From positions 27,214,345-27,278,344 of the forward strand of contig NC_134028.1 in assembly GCF_964204645.1 (NCBI RefSeq): DNA of 64,000 nt. The letters run 5' to 3'. Positions 60,395 to 64,000 of the stretch are shown here, piece after piece. Source of the DNA: Tubulanus polymorphus. Taxonomy: Eukaryota; Animalia; Nemertea. Position numbers and translations under genes: made by a program. The stretch's first letter is position 1. Each line of letters begins with the position of its first letter. The notes below the pieces were generated by a model. That model was not told the origin of the DNA. It saw only the letters and a list, made by a program, of their open reading frames with translations, and did not search any database.

Positions 60395-63300
60395 GGCCAA
60401 GCGAGGTATTTGTAGTACGATGATCATCTGTTTGACTCGGGTTGTTTTTTGGTCAATAGATTCTATACTAACTTATATATTTTGAACACATATATTTGCT
60501 TTATCTAGTGGAGGCCACTTTATTTAAAAGATACTTCGCTCAATACAGTAGTTTATTTCTAAATGAATAAAAGAGTTGGTGACATTATTCAATATATATA
60601 AAAACCACAATATCTATTTTAAGGTTGGTATGCAACAATTTCCACTCTTTTCCATAGGTGTCGCTTTGGATAAATGTCTATATCTCTTGACCCAATGGAC
60701 CGATTACGATTAAACTTGATACACAGGAACTTTTATCAAGTAGCACTCGGGGTGGGTGAAATCGCTCTAGGTTGAAATCGCTCTAGACATTGATCGCTGG
60801 GTTTAAACATTCCTGGATATGACCATGTTTCACAATTAAATTCATCTTCTGAATGAGGACGACCATCGAACACGTGTCTAATCGCGTCATAATGGGTACG
60901 GGGTGTCCCGCGTTCGAACCAAGTAATTACTGATACTGGTTCAGAGTGGTCTTTGTACAGGGGTGTCCAGGGTTCGAACTGAGTAGTGGTCCAAGTTGTC
61001 CTGATGCTGAATGGAGGATGTACAGGGTTGTGTCCCGGGTTCGAGAACCAGTAATTACTGATACTGATTCAGAGTGGTCCTGATGCTGATTAGAGGATGT
61101 ACAGGGGTGTCCCGGGTTCGAACTCAGTAGTGGTCCAAGTTGTCCTGATGCTGAATGGAGGATGTACACGGGTGTCCCGACCGTACGGTGCTGCCGCTAT
61201 GCTCATCGTTAGCGGGATTTCCATACACTAACTGAAGTCAACTCTGGCAATCGTCGTGCTGTCCAGCTATACTCCGTAACCCTTGCTTGCCAGAGTTGAC
61301 TAACGTTAGTGTATGAAAATCCCGCTACCAATGAGCATAGAGGCAGCACCGTACGGTGAAATGTTGATATCTTAACAAAAGTAATTACTGATTCTGATTG
61401 GTCCTGATGTTGAATGGAGGATGTACAGGGGTATCCCGGATTCGAACCAGTAATTACTGATACTGGTTCAGAGTGGTCTTGATACTGAATAGAGGATGTA
61501 CAGGTGTCCTGGGTTCGACCCCGCCACGAAAAATGATTAAATAACGCACACACGACTTACAGCAACAATTATCTGTATTTATTCCTCATTGTCATGTAAC
61601 ACACCCGGACGCAGTTCCACAGTTGTGTTAGAGTTAACTCCGAGTTAAAGTTAATTCATTTTCAATGAGTTACCCCAGGACCCAGTTTCACAAAAAGGTT
61701 TAACTCTTAAATCGGTTTAATTTCTTCATTAATTCAGTTTATCTTAAATCGATTTAGGCCTTAATCCTTTTTGTGAAACTGGGCCCAGAGTTAAATCTTA
61801 ATTCAACAACTGTGGAACTGGACCCTGCCCTTTTAAGAATAGTAGTTGGACCATGGAATTGAAACCCTCGCATACCAGAGTAAGAAAAAAAAAATGAATT
61901 CCTCGAGTGGACGCCAGGGGTCGCAGTTCAACAAAAAACGATGCATTTTTTAACTGAATTTGTGAAGAAATTTAATCTGGATCAAATCTCACAAAAAGAT
62001 CTTTTTTGTTGATCTTTGATAACTAATCCGTATATGTGAAACCGTACCCTCGGTAGGATTTGGTTTATGATGCGAGGGTTTCAATCAGATTTAGATACTG
62101 CAGTTTCGCACACTGAATAGCGAGTATTTAATACCGTCGAGTACAGTTTCACAGAGAAAGGATGAATCAATATAGGCGGTAAAGTCGAAAAGAGAAGTTT
62201 TTTGAGTAAATTATTTCTATGAAACTGAACCCGTGGGATTTACGTGTGACGCACTGAGTGTGTGTGTGAAACTGCTGGCGTCTGTAATCACAACTAAAAC
62301 AACACAGAAAATTCATCTTAATTCAAATAAAACAGAACAACAGTTCACACGAAATATTATAGTCACATAATAAAGAAAACCTGTCGATATTTCAACTTTA
62401 TGGTTTCATTGATTGAGTGACTTAAAACATGTCCATATTACATCATTATACAATATGTGTATCATACAATTTTTTACAAAACCAGACCAATAAAACTGGG
62501 TCGTGGGGTACAAACAATTACAAACTAATGCAACCAGTTATCGCTGCTTTACAGCTACATTTAATCTTCAATTTCAATTTTCACTAAAACCCACTATATA
62601 GAAACTTAATAGAAGTAAAAGAGACAACATTTTGGAGTCTCTGTAGAGACCATCATCAAGTCTGAAGAATAACTAAAACAGGGAAAAACAAGTTAATTAG
62701 GAAAGTAAAGCGAGTGTTCAGTCTTAAGGTTGAGAGGATTGTTATTTTGTGCGTATAGGTTGTTCTAGTTATTTCTTCATTATACTTTTATTATTTTGAT
62801 TCTGATTCTTGATAAATGAATTTTGCCTTTTAAATTTGCATATAGCAGGGTTTAAATTATATATTCTATGCCCGAGTCAGGCTATTATTCTATTAGCAAA
62901 AATGACACCACAGCTTTGAGAGACGAATCAGGGGATGACTCTATTGTTTTTATGGATATGTGATACACAGTCTATCAAACCATCATAAACAGAACAACAG
63001 TAGGCTGCCCGTGCCGGTCGGCACAGATAAACAATATTCATTTGGCTCCAGGTAGATGGTTGGTCGCTGTCCCTGTCAAATGGCAAATTGGTCCCGATCC
63101 CCACTTCGTCCTAGAATAGAGAAAATATTACATAGAAAATGTTCGATTGAATTAACAGTTAAGTGGGAATTGTTTTCATGACATAATTCGGTAACTAGAA
63201 TTTATAATCACCTTATAATTCTAGATAATTCAACACCATTATTCAATCTTTGATCACTTTTCAAACTGTTCTATTGGACAAATTTCATGCTGCAAAAAAT

Positions 63301-64000
63301 CATTATACTATGAAAATACTAAGTAATGTATTTATAGCAGTCTGAAATTGGGGCTAAATTCTATTAGAAAATCAATCATTTTCAAACTTGTGTTGAGCAG
63401 AATTAAGCAGCAGCAGCTGCAGCAGCATCAGCCGCACTGCTTCCCGGAGAATCACACATAAAAATTCTGTACAGAATAATTAAATGTTAGAATATTATGA
63501 AATTAGAGCACAGTGGAGTGATGAAATACTCACCATTTCTAAACTCATATCAGATAAGTTCAGTGCCATCTAGCAGGATTTCACTTCCAACAGTCATAAT
63601 GTCATGAAGTTAAGAGAACTGATGATTTTCTGAGAAAATAAATTCTTAAAACGATAGCAGCAGCTTCAGCAACTAGAGCTTCTTTACTCTTTGAAGGTGA
63701 ATATTTTTAATTTCTCCAGTTCCAAAAAGTGTTGGGCGTATTGCATTCTGGAAAGAGAAAATTATGCCAGAAAATGGTTAATGAAATAGATAGAAACTGC
63801 AACTTGTTTGTGTTCAATTGACAGAAAACCTACCAGGTTAATGAGTAGTTTATCACAATGTGTCGAGTATATGCAGATTTCTGAGAGGTTTGATGGTAGC
63901 TTTAGACTGCATCCTCTAGTAAAACGTTGATACCTGCCAACATTGACCGATCAAAACATCATTTTCTGGACTTGATTTGAAGATCACCACAAATTACTGC

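Larger units (their letters stand above)
55928..64000. repeat. Large tandem unit, copy 5 (truncated by the window end)
   Basis: Collinear from the anchor to the position equivalent to ~8157 of copy 1. Confidence 0.95.

Overview
This is AT-rich eukaryotic DNA, most likely an invertebrate bilaterian (GT-AG introns, TTAGGG motifs, YY1/CCAAT/CTCF-like sites, many MITEs). It has no long intact CDS, and almost every ORF in the supplied track is a chance or repeat-derived frame. The window is dominated by a ~10.7-11.8 kb tandem unit: the same anchor sequence recurs at 1, 10674, 21572, 33397 and 55928. An ~11 kb spacer (37815-48710) interrupts the array. Each unit carries a minus-strand multi-exon gene model with a YY1/CRE-like start region, conserved splice sites and an AATAAA + GU-rich end. 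Its reading frame is decayed; a four-exon 92-aa ORF survives in two of four complete copies. Inside the predicted transcript are a ~200-bp inverted repeat with G-rich tracts just inside both arms, a head-to-head pair of A/B-box elements and an antisense kinase-like relic bracketed by a perfect 28-bp inverted repeat. Between transcripts lie a tRNA-like unit fused to TTAGGG repeats and a T5 run (6 copies, preceded by a variable 33-bp array), an LDLa/GPCR-like relic, a ~75-bp B-box array and nested MITEs. All calls were made by eye, without alignment or search tools. Splice models, protein-family similarities and all functional ideas are unverified inferences.
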